A stretch of 64,000 bases of DNA from Rhodospirillaceae bacterium (GTDB lineage: Bacteria; Pseudomonadota; Alphaproteobacteria; TMED109), in NCBI GenBank assembly GCA_902614225.1, contig CACMKJ010000001.1:12032-76031 (forward strand), given 5' to 3'. A program made the position numbers and the translations under genes. Shown here piece by piece: positions 48,376 through 58,871 of the stretch. The notes beneath the pieces are model-generated. The model did not search any database, was not told the DNA's origin, and worked only from the letters and a program-made list of their open reading frames with translations. Every line of letters starts with the position of its first letter. Position 1 is the first letter of the stretch.

Positions 48376-49695
48376 ATGTCAAATATCCCAGAATATAGTG
48401 TTTCAGAGATTTCTTCTAACATTAAGCATAGTTTAGAAAATCAGTTTAATAGAGTGAAAATAAAAGGAGAGATTTCAGGTTTAACAAGAGCAAACTCAGG
48501 ACACTTTTATTTTAACCTTAAAGATGAACAAGCCAATTTAGCTTCTATAATATGGAGAGGTAGAGCAAGTTTTTTGGAAATAAAGCCTGAAGAAGGGTTG
48601 GAGGTTGTAGCTTTAGGTAAAATAAGTACTTACATGCCTAGATCTAACTATAATTTCATAATAGAAAATATATCTTTTGCAGGTGAAGGGGCATTATTAC
48701 AGCTAATAGAGCAAAGAAAAAAAAAATTGCAGAAGCTGGGTTATTTTGATGAAAAAAATAAAAAAAAGTTACCTTATATTCCAAATATTATAGGAATTAT
48801 TACATCCTCTACTGGTGCTGTGATTGAAGATATTAAAAAAAGAATTAAGGAAAGGTTTCCTAGTAATATCTTATTGTGGCCTGTAGCTGTTCAGGGAAAT
48901 AATGCAGAACAAGAAATTGAAGGTGCTATTTTAGGTTTCAATAGTTATAAAAAAAAGCCAGATGTTATTATTTTAGCAAGGGGAGGAGGAAGCTTAGAGG
49001 ATTTAATGAGCTTTAATAGTGAGAAGATTGCGCACGCAATTTTTAATTCAGATATTCCAATAATATCTGCTGTTGGACATGAAACTGATTTTTCTATTTC
49101 AGACTTTGTGTCTGACTACAGAGCTTCAACTCCTACAGCTGCTGCTGATGCAGTAGTGCCAGAAAAAAAAGAACTGCTGGAAAAATTAGAACTTCTATCA
49201 GAAAATAAGAAAAATTATATAGAAAACCTTATTAATCTAAAAACGTATAAATTAGACACTTATGATGCAAAAATTGTAGATCCATATTTATTTTTATCGG
49301 GTTTAGAAGGAAAATTAAATTCTGAATATGAAAAAATAAGAAGTACTATTCATAATTATATTAAAAGAATAGAAAGTTTAATTAAGGGTTTGAGCTTAAT
49401 CAAACAAGATAAAAAAATAAAGGACTATAATTCCAATTTATTAAGTCAATTTAATTTTTTTAAGAAAAGTTTTAATACATTAGTAAAAAAAAAATCAGAT
49501 TTAATGAAAAGTAAAGTTAGTATATTACACTCCTGTTCTTATGAAAGGTGGTTGGAAAAAGGCTTTATTGTTATAAAAAGTACGGATAATAAATTAATTA
49601 AAAATATAAGCACTTTGAAAAAGTATAAAGATGTGATCTTGAAATTTGTAGATGGTAAAGCTAAAGCTAAAATAAATAGCTATGAAGAAAAATAA
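48376..49695 (+). CDS. xseA: Exodeoxyribonuclease VII large subunit
   Basis: GEISG, SGHFYFNLKD, ARGGGSLEDL, SAVGHETD, TPTAAA. Confidence 0.96.
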   Translation: MSNIPEYSVSEISSNIKHSLENQFNRVKIKGEISGLTRANSGHFYFNLKDEQANLASIIWRGRASFLEIKPEEGLEVVALGKISTYMPRSNYNFIIENISFAGEGALLQLIEQRKKKLQKLGYFDEKNKKKLPYIPNIIGIITSSTGAVIEDIKKRIKERFPSNILLWPVAVQGNNAEQEIEGAILGFNSYKKKPDVIILARGGGSLEDLMSFNSEKIAHAIFNSDIPIISAVGHETDFSISDFVSDYRASTPTAAADAVVPEKKELLEKLELLSENKKNYIENLINLKTYKLDTYDAKIVDPYLFLSGLEGKLNSEYEKIRSTIHNYIKRIESLIKGLSLIKQDKKIKDYNSNLLSQFNFFKKSFNTLVKKKSDLMKSKVSILHSCSYERWLEKGFIVIKSTDNKLIKNISTLKKYKDVILKFVDGKAKAKINSYEEK

Positions 49696-50494
49696 TTTAT
49701 ATAAAATTTTTATTTTTTTATTTTTTTTATTATGTTCAGGCGCAAATGCATTAGACTTAGAAGGTAATTTTATTCAGGGGGGATTAGTTTTTGGAAAACT
49801 AGAGCAAGATGGAAAAGTTTTTTTTGATGATAAGGTAATTCCTGTAGATGATTATGGAAACTTTTTATTAGGATTCAAACGAAAGCATAAAAATCTATCA
49901 ATTGTTAAAATTGTTTATGATTCAGGAAAAATTTTAACGAAAAAAATTAATATTAGTGAAAGAAACTATAAAATACAAAAAATTGATAATTTAGATAAAA
50001 ATAAAGTAACTCCTCCAAAAAGTTACTATGACAGAATAAAAAGAGAAATAGCCTTAATTAAAAAATCTAAAAAAATATTTTTTAATTTTTCATATTATAA
50101 AGCAGGCTTTATTATGCCTGTGGAAGGTATTATAACAGGCGTTTATGGAAGCCAAAGAATTCTTAATGGAGTACCAAAAAGACCTCATTATGGTATTGAT
50201 ATAGCAAATAAAAAAGGAACAATAGTGGTATCACCAAGTGACGGTGTAGTTGTTCTTACTGAGGATGATCTCTACTTTTCTGGTGGCACAATAATAATAT
50301 CTCACGGTTTAGGCTTAACTTCTTCACTCTTACATTTATCAGAAATTTTTGTCAAGGTTGGTGAAAAAGTACATTTAGGACAGGAAATTGGAAGAGTCGG
50401 GTCTACTGGTAGATCTACTGGTCCTCATTTAGATTGGAGAATGGAAATAAATGGCACTAGAATAGATCCTCAGCTCTTAATAAAAAATAAATAA
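49682..50494 (+). CDS. M23 family metallopeptidase
   Basis: HYGIDIA, LLHL, GRSTGPHLDW; signal peptide. Confidence 0.92.
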   Translation: MKKNNLYKIFIFLFFLLCSGANALDLEGNFIQGGLVFGKLEQDGKVFFDDKVIPVDDYGNFLLGFKRKHKNLSIVKIVYDSGKILTKKINISERNYKIQKIDNLDKNKVTPPKSYYDRIKREIALIKKSKKIFFNFSYYKAGFIMPVEGIITGVYGSQRILNGVPKRPHYGIDIANKKGTIVVSPSDGVVVLTEDDLYFSGGTIIISHGLGLTSSLLHLSEIFVKVGEKVHLGQEIGRVGSTGRSTGPHLDWRMEINGTRIDPQLLIKNK

Positions 50495-50497
50495 TAA

Positions 50498-51394
50498 TCA
50501 TACATATAAATCTTTTTGCCATCTTCTATGGATCCATAGCCAATTTTCTGGCTGATCTTTGATCCATTGACTCATAATATTATTAACTTGCTTCAGTATA
50601 AAGCTTATTTTTTTATTTTTGCTTAGCTTATTTTTAGGCATATTAATTTTTTTATAAAAAGTTATGATATTATGATTATTTATATCTCTAGAAAATTTTA
50701 TTGGAACAATATCAAGATTCATTCTTATTGCAATGTCTGCAATAAAACTAGCAGTGTTAGCAGGCTTTCCAAGGAAGTCTATAGATAGACCTTCATTTAA
50801 TTTTTGATCCATTAATAAAGCTAGGCTTTTCCCCTTTCTTAACCATAAATAAGATCTTTTTGCTCCAATATCACCTTTTGGAGTATATGTTGCATTTTTT
50901 TCTCTAATATTTTGAATCAAGAGTTCGACAAATTTATTATTTGACTTTCTATATACACATAATGGATCTAAGCCTAGACTTTTAATAATGATAGGCCCTA
51001 ACTCCCAATTTCCATAGTGAGCAGAAAAAAAAACTATTCCTCGTTTTTTTTTTTTATTAAAAGAGATCAATTGTTCAATTTTTTTTAAATCAACTATTTT
51101 TGTTTGTGAACAATTTAGGGGTTTATAATTTTTTAAATGTATTAGTTCTCCAAAATTTCTACCTATATTTTTCCACATTTTATTTGTAATTTTTTTTACT
51201 TCAGTTTCTTTCTTTGTAGGCCATACAAATAGAATATTTTTTTTTGCTATGTTTTCAAACTTTGTTAAAGCCCCAAAGGTAGAAAATATAATGGCACATA
51301 AATTAGAAGATATTCTTTTCCCAAGTACTTTTAATATTAAAAAAATAATAAATAAGGCAGTTCCTATGAAAAAATCTATTAATATTTTAAGCAT
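50498..51394 (-). CDS. lpxL: Lipid A late acyltransferase (LpxL/HtrB family)
   Basis: SAHYGNWE, LMDQK, PENWLWIHRRW. Confidence 0.88.
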   Translation of the reverse strand: MLKILIDFFIGTALFIIFLILKVLGKRISSNLCAIIFSTFGALTKFENIAKKNILFVWPTKKETEVKKITNKMWKNIGRNFGELIHLKNYKPLNCSQTKIVDLKKIEQLISFNKKKKRGIVFFSAHYGNWELGPIIIKSLGLDPLCVYRKSNNKFVELLIQNIREKNATYTPKGDIGAKRSYLWLRKGKSLALLMDQKLNEGLSIDFLGKPANTASFIADIAIRMNLDIVPIKFSRDINNHNIITFYKKINMPKNKLSKNKKISFILKQVNNIMSQWIKDQPENWLWIHRRWQKDLYV

Positions 51395-52367
51395 TGAATT
51401 TTATTTTTTTATTTATAAAACTAAAAAATTTTTCTTTATCAAATTTTATATATATATCTATTACTGAAAAGTCTTTTTTTAAATCATCAGGGATCTTAAC
51501 ATAATCTTTGTAGGTTGTAACTGGAATAGCAGAATTCTTTTTGCACAATAATAATATCTTTTTAATATCATTTTTTTTATACTGGTAATGATCAGGAAAA
51601 GATATTGTATCAACTAAATTTAAATTTTGATTATTTAATAGTTTAAAAAAGTTTTTAGGATGTGCTATTCCAGCAAAGGCAATAACTTTTTTTCTTCTGA
51701 TTTTAACTATTTCTTTGAAATCTATAAACATTTTACCAAAAAAAATATCTTTCTTATAATTATCAAAATACTTAATAAATTTATCTTTTTTACCATAAAA
51801 AAATATGCAACTACTTTTCTTAGTAGCAGAACTTATTGTCTCTCTCAGTGGACCAGCAGGAATAATTTTATTATTTCCATTTCCTTGATTTTTATTAGAA
51901 ACAAGAATATTTACATTTTTAACTATACTCGTATCTTGCAACCCATCATCTAATACTATTAATTCAGCACCTGATTTTATTGCGGCCTGAATACCATATT
52001 TCCTTTTTTTGCAAACCCATGTTTCAGCATATTTAGAAATCAAAATAGCTTCATCATCTATATACTCATTATCCTGAAGACTATTAACATTAATTACTTT
52101 ATCTTTAACTTTAGATTTATATGCTTTGTAAATTATGTGAATATTAGTTTTATTTTTTTTATAATATTTACAAATTTCTATAACTAAAGGAGTTTTTCCT
52201 CCTCCTCCAGCAATTACATTTCCTACACAAATTATAGGAGTATTAAAATGATACTTTTTTTTTAAGGCTTTTCTTAAATAAGATAATATTATCCATAAAT
52301 ATGACAAAGGCTGAAGTAATGAAGAGAGTAAAGAATGTTCCTTATACCAATGTGTAGGTGTTCTCAT
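51387..52367 (-). CDS. lpxK: Tetraacyldisaccharide 4'-kinase
   Basis: CVGNVIAGGGGKTP, LDDGLQ, PAGPLRE, FPDH. Confidence 0.95.
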   Translation of the reverse strand: MRTPTHWYKEHSLLSSLLQPLSYLWIILSYLRKALKKKYHFNTPIICVGNVIAGGGGKTPLVIEICKYYKKNKTNIHIIYKAYKSKVKDKVINVNSLQDNEYIDDEAILISKYAETWVCKKRKYGIQAAIKSGAELIVLDDGLQDTSIVKNVNILVSNKNQGNGNNKIIPAGPLRETISSATKKSSCIFFYGKKDKFIKYFDNYKKDIFFGKMFIDFKEIVKIRRKKVIAFAGIAHPKNFFKLLNNQNLNLVDTISFPDHYQYKKNDIKKILLLCKKNSAIPVTTYKDYVKIPDDLKKDFSVIDIYIKFDKEKFFSFINKKIKFNA

Positions 52368-53611
52368 TTAAAACTTTCAATTTTTCTATAAATAAATGAT
52401 GTGGTATTTAAATATTTTTTTGTAAGTTGTTCTGCATTAAGGCTCAAGGTTTTAAGTTGCTTTTTGTTATATATTAACTTTTCTAATAAATGATTTAGTT
52501 GTTCATTTTTTTTAATTTTTTTTATTGCTTTATGCTTTAGAAAGTCGTTAATTATTTCCTCTATTTTATTAACGTATGGTCCTACGACAATACATTTTCC
52601 GAATTGAGCGGCTTCTATTGGATTATGTCCTCCTATTGATACTAAAGTTCCTCCTAGTATTATTATATTTGAAATTGACATCAATAATCCAGTTTCTCCA
52701 AATGTATCAAATAGAAAAACTTTAGTATTATTGTTTGGAACTTCTTTTTTTGACCTTTGTTTAAATATTAAATTTTGCTTTTTAAGTAGTGAAATTATTT
52801 TATTACTTCTATCAGGGTGTCTAGGTTGAATTATGAGTAAAATATTTTTTTTAGATATTAAACTTCCTATTTGGTTAATGATAATTTCTTCTTCTCCTTT
52901 ATGTGTGCTTATGGCAGATATAATAATTCTTTTTGACAGATACCTTTGTAAATTATTTTTTTCCTTGGTAGAGAATTTTTGAATATCTGAGCTAAATTTT
53001 AGATTAGCCACTATATGCATTTCGTTATTAGTATAACTTTCCAATTTTTTTTTATCTAAAAATGACTGAGGGATAATTAGTGAAAATTTTTCTAATAAAT
53101 GTTTAAAAAAGCTACCAAATATAGACCATTTTTTAAGGCTATTATCAGAAAAACGTGCTTGAATTAAAAATAAAGGAATATCTAATTTACTTGAAAGGTA
53201 AATAACATTAGGCCATATTTCTGACTCAACTAAGATTACTTTTGTTGGTTTCCAGTATTTTAAAAATTTTTTAATGAAAAATTTTACATCCAGAGGAAGA
53301 TATTGGTGTATAACACTATTAGAAAATTTATTTTCTACGTCTAAGGACGATAAATAAGTGTTAGTAGTCACAAGCACTTGATAACCATCTTTAATAAAAC
53401 TTTTTATAATTTTATAAGAAGATTTAATTTCTCCAACACTACAGGCATGTATCCATACTAACTTACCTGCAGGTCTTGCTTTTGTAATAAAGCAAAGCTT
53501 CTCTAAAAATCTATTCTTGTCTTCTTTTCCTAGTAGAACTCTTAAAAAAAAAAAAAAAATTATAATTGGAAGGAATAGATAAAGTAAAACATTATAAACT
53601 TTTATTGCCAT
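52364..53611 (-). CDS. waaA: Kdo transferase
   Basis: WIHACSVGE, ESEIWPN, PRHPDR, DTFGE, GGHNPIEAA. Confidence 0.95.
   Translation of the reverse strand: MAIKVYNVLLYLFLPIIIFFFFLRVLLGKEDKNRFLEKLCFITKARPAGKLVWIHACSVGEIKSSYKIIKSFIKDGYQVLVTTNTYLSSLDVENKFSNSVIHQYLPLDVKFFIKKFLKYWKPTKVILVESEIWPNVIYLSSKLDIPLFLIQARFSDNSLKKWSIFGSFFKHLLEKFSLIIPQSFLDKKKLESYTNNEMHIVANLKFSSDIQKFSTKEKNNLQRYLSKRIIISAISTHKGEEEIIINQIGSLISKKNILLIIQPRHPDRSNKIISLLKKQNLIFKQRSKKEVPNNNTKVFLFDTFGETGLLMSISNIIILGGTLVSIGGHNPIEAAQFGKCIVVGPYVNKIEEIINDFLKHKAIKKIKKNEQLNHLLEKLIYNKKQLKTLSLNAEQLTKKYLNTTSFIYRKIESFK
53544..53559. repeat. 16-nt homopolymer (T16 on the waaA coding strand)
   Basis: A16 on the + strand, encoding IFFFFL in the N-terminal TM helix of WaaA. 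Confidence 0.9.
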
Positions 53612-53614
53612 TAC

Positions 53615-54919
53615 TTATAGACCTGCTAACGTCATACCTTCTATTAAAATTGAAGGACTATTTATATTATCACTAATTTTTAAGTCGTTGGCTGGAATTA
53701 AATTCTTAAGCATTTCTGCTAGATTTCCTGCAATAGTAACTTCACTTACAGGATAGGTAATTTCACCATTTTCAATTTTAAATCCAGTAGCCCCTCTACT
53801 ATAGTCTCCATTAATTGGATTAAAACTCATTCCTAACATTTCAGTAACTAAAAAACCATTTTTGATGTTCTTAGTTATAGTTTCTATATCTTGATCACCC
53901 TTATTTAATATCAAATTTGATGGGGATGAGTTACCGTTAATAGCCATTTTAAGTTGTCTAGCACTTCTAATATTAAGAAAATAATTTTTAAATATTCCAT
54001 CTTGAATAATAGAAATATTTTCTGTTTTTATACCACTAGAATCATATGGAGCAGAACCTATTCCTCTTTTTAGTTTAGGGTTGTTAGATATATTAATATT
54101 CTTTTTAAATATTAAAGTATTTAATTGATTGTTTAAAAAACTTGTTCCCCTAGCAATAGATGTCCCTGAAGCACAAGAGCAGAATGATGACAAAATACTT
54201 TTGGCAACTCTGGGTTCAAAAATGACATCTAAGGTACAGCTTTTTATTTTCTTCGAATTAAGCCTTGAAGCAGCCCTCTTGGCAGCTTGAGAACCTACTG
54301 TTTCTGCTAATAGCAAATCACTGGCATGTGTTGCAGCAGAATATTCATAATCCCTTTGCATATTAGTATCTGATCCTGCAATAGCTATTGATGAAATTGA
54401 ATGAAAGGTTTTACTATATTTTGCATTAAAACCTCTAGAGTTAATTATATTATACGTGTTTTTAGAAAAACTTCTTGTAGCACCCTCTGAGTTAGTTATC
54501 TTTTTATTTTTTAGCATAGCATCTTCAGCTAACAATGCTTGATCCAAAAGCTGTTTTTCACTTAGTTGTGTTGTATCTTCTAACTCTAAATCCTCTATTT
54601 CAAAAGCATAATCTTTTTTATCAGCTAAACCGCTATATTCATCTATTGGCATAGATCTTACCATTGCGCTACCCTTTTCTAAATATTCTTTAGCATCAGT
54701 ACTATCTATATTATTAGATGAAATTGTAGCTTTTTTTCTATCTTTGTAAATATTAATACCTATATTAAAACTTTCTGATCTTTCAATATTTTCTAGTTTT
54801 TGCTGTCTAGATTTTACTGAAAGACTAATATTTTCAGAAGTAATAACTTCTACATCATCAATATTAAAACTCTTATAATTATCTAATATATCATTCCCAA
54901 AATCATAAACTTTTTTCAT
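53615..54919 (-). CDS. pmbA: TldD/PmbA family protein (PmbA/TldE type)
   Basis: MQRDY, IARGTSFL, NGDYSRGATG, PVSEVTIAGNL; no HExxxH motif. Confidence 0.92.
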   Translation of the reverse strand: MKKVYDFGNDILDNYKSFNIDDVEVITSENISLSVKSRQQKLENIERSESFNIGINIYKDRKKATISSNNIDSTDAKEYLEKGSAMVRSMPIDEYSGLADKKDYAFEIEDLELEDTTQLSEKQLLDQALLAEDAMLKNKKITNSEGATRSFSKNTYNIINSRGFNAKYSKTFHSISSIAIAGSDTNMQRDYEYSAATHASDLLLAETVGSQAAKRAASRLNSKKIKSCTLDVIFEPRVAKSILSSFCSCASGTSIARGTSFLNNQLNTLIFKKNINISNNPKLKRGIGSAPYDSSGIKTENISIIQDGIFKNYFLNIRSARQLKMAINGNSSPSNLILNKGDQDIETITKNIKNGFLVTEMLGMSFNPINGDYSRGATGFKIENGEITYPVSEVTIAGNLAEMLKNLIPANDLKISDNINSPSILIEGMTLAGL

Positions 54920-54922
54920 AAA

Positions 54923-55252
54923 TTATTCCTTTTTTACAAGATTATTATTTACATATATAATTTCGCATTTGCACTCTTTAGGGATCTTATTTTTTTTCTT
55001 CATTTGCTCACATCCTTGTAAAGCAATTTTCTTAGCATACTCTATGTCTGCTAAATTATAACTTAATCCTAGGGCATTGTATTCTTTGCTGCTTGGTATC
55101 ATGCATCCAGCGCCTGCTTTAAAGTTATCTAGCTTCAAAAAATCAATATTCCATTTTGATAATTGTCTAATAAAATTTTTACCATTTTCCTCAGACCCAT
55201 GAGCATCAGTAATTAAGATTAAAAAATTAAATATTAAAAAAAACTTAAACAT
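54923..55252 (-). CDS. Secreted Cys-containing hypothetical protein, DUF4189-like
   Basis: Signal peptide; FKAGA...GLSYN...AKKIALQGC...CKCEIIYVN. Confidence 0.6.
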   Translation of the reverse strand: MFKFFLIFNFLILITDAHGSEENGKNFIRQLSKWNIDFLKLDNFKAGAGCMIPSSKEYNALGLSYNLADIEYAKKIALQGCEQMKKKNKIPKECKCEIIYVNNNLVKKE

Positions 55253-55269
55253 CTATTTTACATTTCAAC

Positions 55270-55344
55270 TGGCTGGGGGACCGGGACTCGAACCTGGACT
55301 GACGGGATCAAAACCCGCTGTTCTACCAATTAAACTATCCCCCA
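55270..55344 (-). tRNA. tRNA-Gln(UUG)
   Basis: Minus strand TGGGGGA...GCGGG-TTTTGAT-CCCGT...GGTTCGAGTCC...TCCCCCA-G-CCA. Confidence 0.97.
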
Positions 55345-55411
55345 ATAATTATTAATATTGCATTTGTTTAAGAATTGAGCAAGATTATAAAATATTTTTT
55401 TTATACAGCAA

Positions 55412-56269
55412 ATGAAAATATTAGATGGAAAACTATTAGCTAAAAATCTTAATGATGAGTTAAGTAAAAAAATACTTTCATATAGCAATGAATATGGAAA
55501 GAAACCACACTTGTTGGTGATTTTAGTGGGAGAAAACCCCGCCAGTCAGGTTTATGTTAAAAATAAGGAAAAAAAAGCAGCAGAGGTAGGTATTAAATCT
55601 ACTGTTATTAGGTTAAGTAAAAATGTAAGCGAAAATAATTTATTAAAGGTTATTGATGAGGCCAATGCTAATATTGCGGTAGACAGTATCTTAGTACAAT
55701 TACCTTTACCGAATCATATTAATAGTAATAAGGTCATAGACAGAATTAGTATAGAGAAAGATGTTGATGGCTTTAATTCAAAAAATATAGGCTTATTAGC
55801 CTTAGGAAGACCTAAAGTTATACCTTGTACACCTTTGGGATGTTATAAAATGCTTGAAAGTATTTTAGACTTAGAAGGAAAAAAAGTTATCATATTAGGA
55901 AGGTCAAATATAGTAGGAAAACCTTTATCATTTTTACTAACAAATAAAAATGCCACTGTAACACTTGCTCATTCAAAATCAAAAAATTTAAAGGACTTGT
56001 GTCTAAGCTCTGATATTATTATTGCAGCAATAGGAAAGCCTAATTTTGTTAAAAAAGAATGGGTTAGGAAAAACGCAGTAATAGTAGATGTAGGAATAAA
56101 TGTTATTGAGGATAAAAATGGATTAAGAAAAATTGTTGGTGATGTAGATTATGAAGATGTAATAAAAAAAGTTTCATTCATTTCTCCCGTACCTGGGGGA
56201 GTTGGCCCTATGACAATACATTGTTTGCTTTCAAATACCTTTTTATTAACAAAAAATAAAAATCTATAA
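55412..56269 (+). CDS. folD: Methylenetetrahydrofolate dehydrogenase/cyclohydrolase
   Basis: YVKNK, LVQLPLP, KDVDG, PCTP, GRSNIVGKP, PVPGGVGPMT. Confidence 0.97.
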   Translation: MKILDGKLLAKNLNDELSKKILSYSNEYGKKPHLLVILVGENPASQVYVKNKEKKAAEVGIKSTVIRLSKNVSENNLLKVIDEANANIAVDSILVQLPLPNHINSNKVIDRISIEKDVDGFNSKNIGLLALGRPKVIPCTPLGCYKMLESILDLEGKKVIILGRSNIVGKPLSFLLTNKNATVTLAHSKSKNLKDLCLSSDIIIAAIGKPNFVKKEWVRKNAVIVDVGINVIEDKNGLRKIVGDVDYEDVIKKVSFISPVPGGVGPMTIHCLLSNTFLLTKNKNL

Positions 56270-57127
56270 TATTAAGTGTGAGTACTTAATCCAGTAATCT
56301 TTTTTGTTAAAACTTAGTTTTTTTTTATAAATCTTTAAATCTTCTTTAGTTTTAAATAATACAAAAACTGTACTCCCACTTCCTGTAATACGAGGCAGTG
56401 TTAAACTGTTAAAGTTATAAAGATAGTGCAGTAAGTTCTTAACATTTTTTTCTATTCTGCAAACTGTTTTTTCTAAGGAGTTATTATATTTATTCATATC
56501 ATTAATTAGGTTATTTAAGGTGAGTTCAAATTTAGTTGTTTTAGCATAAGAATTATTAAAACTTTCAAAAATATTCTTTGTTGAATAGTTGCTTTTAGGT
56601 TTTATTAATAAGGCCCATAGTTTTTTATTTAATAATTTTATTGGCTGTAAAATTTCTCCAGTACCACTTACTTTCAGATTTTTAGACAAAAAACATGCTG
56701 GAACATCAGAGCCAATTTTTGATAGGTTATTTATAATCAATTTATTATTTTTAATTTTATAAAGTTTTATAATAGCTCTTATTATAGCTGCGGCATCTGC
56801 AGACCCTCCACCTAACCCTGATTTAAGAGGAATATTTTTTTTTAAATTAACTTCTAAGCATACTTTTAGATTTAATAAATTAGATAAAAGTTTTATAGAC
56901 TTTTTAATTAATGTATCACCTCCATTTGCCATTAATTGATTAGCAAACTTGCCATTGATAACAATTTTATTTTGCAAGCTTTTCTTTATAATTAAATGGT
57001 CATAAATATTCGGCAGAAAAGTTATATAACTTTCTATTTGATGAAAATTATTTGGTAACTTTTTTAAAACTTTAAAACTTAAATTTAGCTTTGCAAAAGC
57101 GAATTCTTCAATATAATCAGAATGCAT
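56264..57127 (-). CDS. ispE: 4-diphosphocytidyl-2-C-methyl-D-erythritol kinase
   Basis: AKLNL, KNIPLKSGLGGGSADAA, IGSDVP, TGSGS. Confidence 0.93.
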   Translation of the reverse strand: MHSDYIEEFAFAKLNLSFKVLKKLPNNFHQIESYITFLPNIYDHLIIKKSLQNKIVINGKFANQLMANGGDTLIKKSIKLLSNLLNLKVCLEVNLKKNIPLKSGLGGGSADAAAIIRAIIKLYKIKNNKLIINNLSKIGSDVPACFLSKNLKVSGTGEILQPIKLLNKKLWALLIKPKSNYSTKNIFESFNNSYAKTTKFELTLNNLINDMNKYNNSLEKTVCRIEKNVKNLLHYLYNFNSLTLPRITGSGSTVFVLFKTKEDLKIYKKKLSFNKKDYWIKYSHLIL

Positions 57128-57135
57128 ACAAAAAA

Positions 57136-58815
57136 TTAAAGTCCTTTTTTTAATTTGAATTTTATATTTTCTTTAAGTTCTTTCTCCGGTTCATATAAAA
57201 GAGCTCTATTCCATTGATATTTAGCCTCATTATAATATCCAGCTCTAAATAGGGCATCACCAAGATGATCATTTATAACTGGATCATTAGGTATTAATCC
57301 TACAGCCTTTTCTAATTCTAGGACAGCTAGATCGTACTTTCCTTGTCTATAATAAGCCCAGCCTAGACTATCAATGAAATAACCGTCCTTAGGTCTTAAT
57401 TTTATAGCTTCTCTTATAAAATTTTCTGCTTTTTTTAGGTTTATACCATAATCAATCCATGTATATCCTAGATAATTTAACACTAGAGGTTGTCGAGGTG
57501 AAAGTTCAAGAGCGTACAAAAAATCTTTTTCAGCTTTTTCCCATTGGTTAGATCTTTCATAAGACATCCCTCTAGAATAATATAAATACCAATTTTCTTT
57601 TGAAGAGATTTTCAGTAAAGAGATGGCTTCATTAAATGCTTTGATAGCTTTATCATAATCTTTCTCATTGTGATAAATTTCACCTAATTTGTAATGAATA
57701 TCTACCCTATTTGAAGAGTATTTTTTTAGTTGTAAAATAAAATTCTCAGCTTTTGAATAATGATTTAAATTTAAATTAATATCAGCTATTTTAAGAAATG
57801 AATTCCATCCAAGGTATGAATTTAAGGGGATATTTTGTAATACACTTATTGCTCTCTCAGCTTTTTGAAGCATAATAAAATTTTGAGAAAGTAAATAGTA
57901 ATTTATAAAGTTATTTTTATTTAAATACAAAGACAGATAACAATAAGCAATTGATAAATCATACATTCTTTGACTATATAGTGCTTCAGCAATGTTAAAT
58001 AAACTTTCAGAAATACCATCTTTTCTGGTACTTACTTTAAAGTCATTTAGATCTTTTTTATTAACATAAATATTAAAACTGTGAGAGGGATTTTTATTTA
58101 TAAATGATTTTATTATTTTATTTTCTTCTAATTTATCATCAATTAGATTTTTATAAAAAAACATATGCCTCAAGCGGTTATCAACTCCTGAACTTAATGT
58201 TTTTTCAAAAATACTGATAGCATTTTCCTTATCCTTATAAAAATTATTTATTAATGCAAGGTGAATAGAGTATATATCGCTCATTACTAACCTATCACTT
58301 TTGTACTCAAATTTATCAATTTCAGATTTAGCGTTGCTAAAACTATCAGCTAACCATGCCTTTATGATAGGTTGAACTTTGGTGGTTATGATAATTTCTT
58401 CATTTTTATTTAATAGCATGAGCGCTTTTTTATAATTTTCATTTTTAATGTATTTAATAAATTTTAAAAGTTGACTAATTTTAGAACTCTCTGTAGATGA
58501 GTTATTATCATATTTTTCAAGATCTTTTAAGGCTAACTTGATATCACCAGATAAAAGAGATGACATTAAAGATAACTCTAAAATATCATTATTTTTAGGG
58601 TTTTTTTGGTTTGCAAATCTATAATACTTAGACGCTATTTTATTTTCATTATTATATTTTGCTATTTGACCAGCAAGTAAAGACCCATAATATGAGCTTA
58701 GATAAGGAAGGTGTTCAGAGGCATAAATTTTTTTAGCTATTACTAAAGAAAAAACTAAAGTAAAAAAAAATATGGTTTTATAAAAATTTTTATTTAAAAT
58801 AACTTTACTATTCAT
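57136..58815 (-). CDS. Secreted tetratricopeptide repeat protein
   Basis: TPR motifs (YSRGMSYER, VLNYLGYTW, DSLGWAYY, INDHLGDA); usual ispE neighbour. Confidence 0.88.
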   Translation of the reverse strand: MNSKVILNKNFYKTIFFFTLVFSLVIAKKIYASEHLPYLSSYYGSLLAGQIAKYNNENKIASKYYRFANQKNPKNNDILELSLMSSLLSGDIKLALKDLEKYDNNSSTESSKISQLLKFIKYIKNENYKKALMLLNKNEEIIITTKVQPIIKAWLADSFSNAKSEIDKFEYKSDRLVMSDIYSIHLALINNFYKDKENAISIFEKTLSSGVDNRLRHMFFYKNLIDDKLEENKIIKSFINKNPSHSFNIYVNKKDLNDFKVSTRKDGISESLFNIAEALYSQRMYDLSIAYCYLSLYLNKNNFINYYLLSQNFIMLQKAERAISVLQNIPLNSYLGWNSFLKIADINLNLNHYSKAENFILQLKKYSSNRVDIHYKLGEIYHNEKDYDKAIKAFNEAISLLKISSKENWYLYYSRGMSYERSNQWEKAEKDFLYALELSPRQPLVLNYLGYTWIDYGINLKKAENFIREAIKLRPKDGYFIDSLGWAYYRQGKYDLAVLELEKAVGLIPNDPVINDHLGDALFRAGYYNEAKYQWNRALLYEPEKELKENIKFKLKKGL

Positions 58816-58871
58816 AACAATAAATTATTATACACATTAATATAATTATTTAAATTTAAATAGAGGTAAAA

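Noticed and set aside
2843-51953. The many short ORF-track entries antisense to or nested in real genes (e.g. 2843..3115, 3103..3381, 4882..5223, 7611..7853, 9444..9710, 18804..19112, 30070..30405, 40914..41243, 51660..51953)
   Set aside because: They are shadows of well-supported genes, with F/L/I/S-rich low-complexity translations and no motifs.
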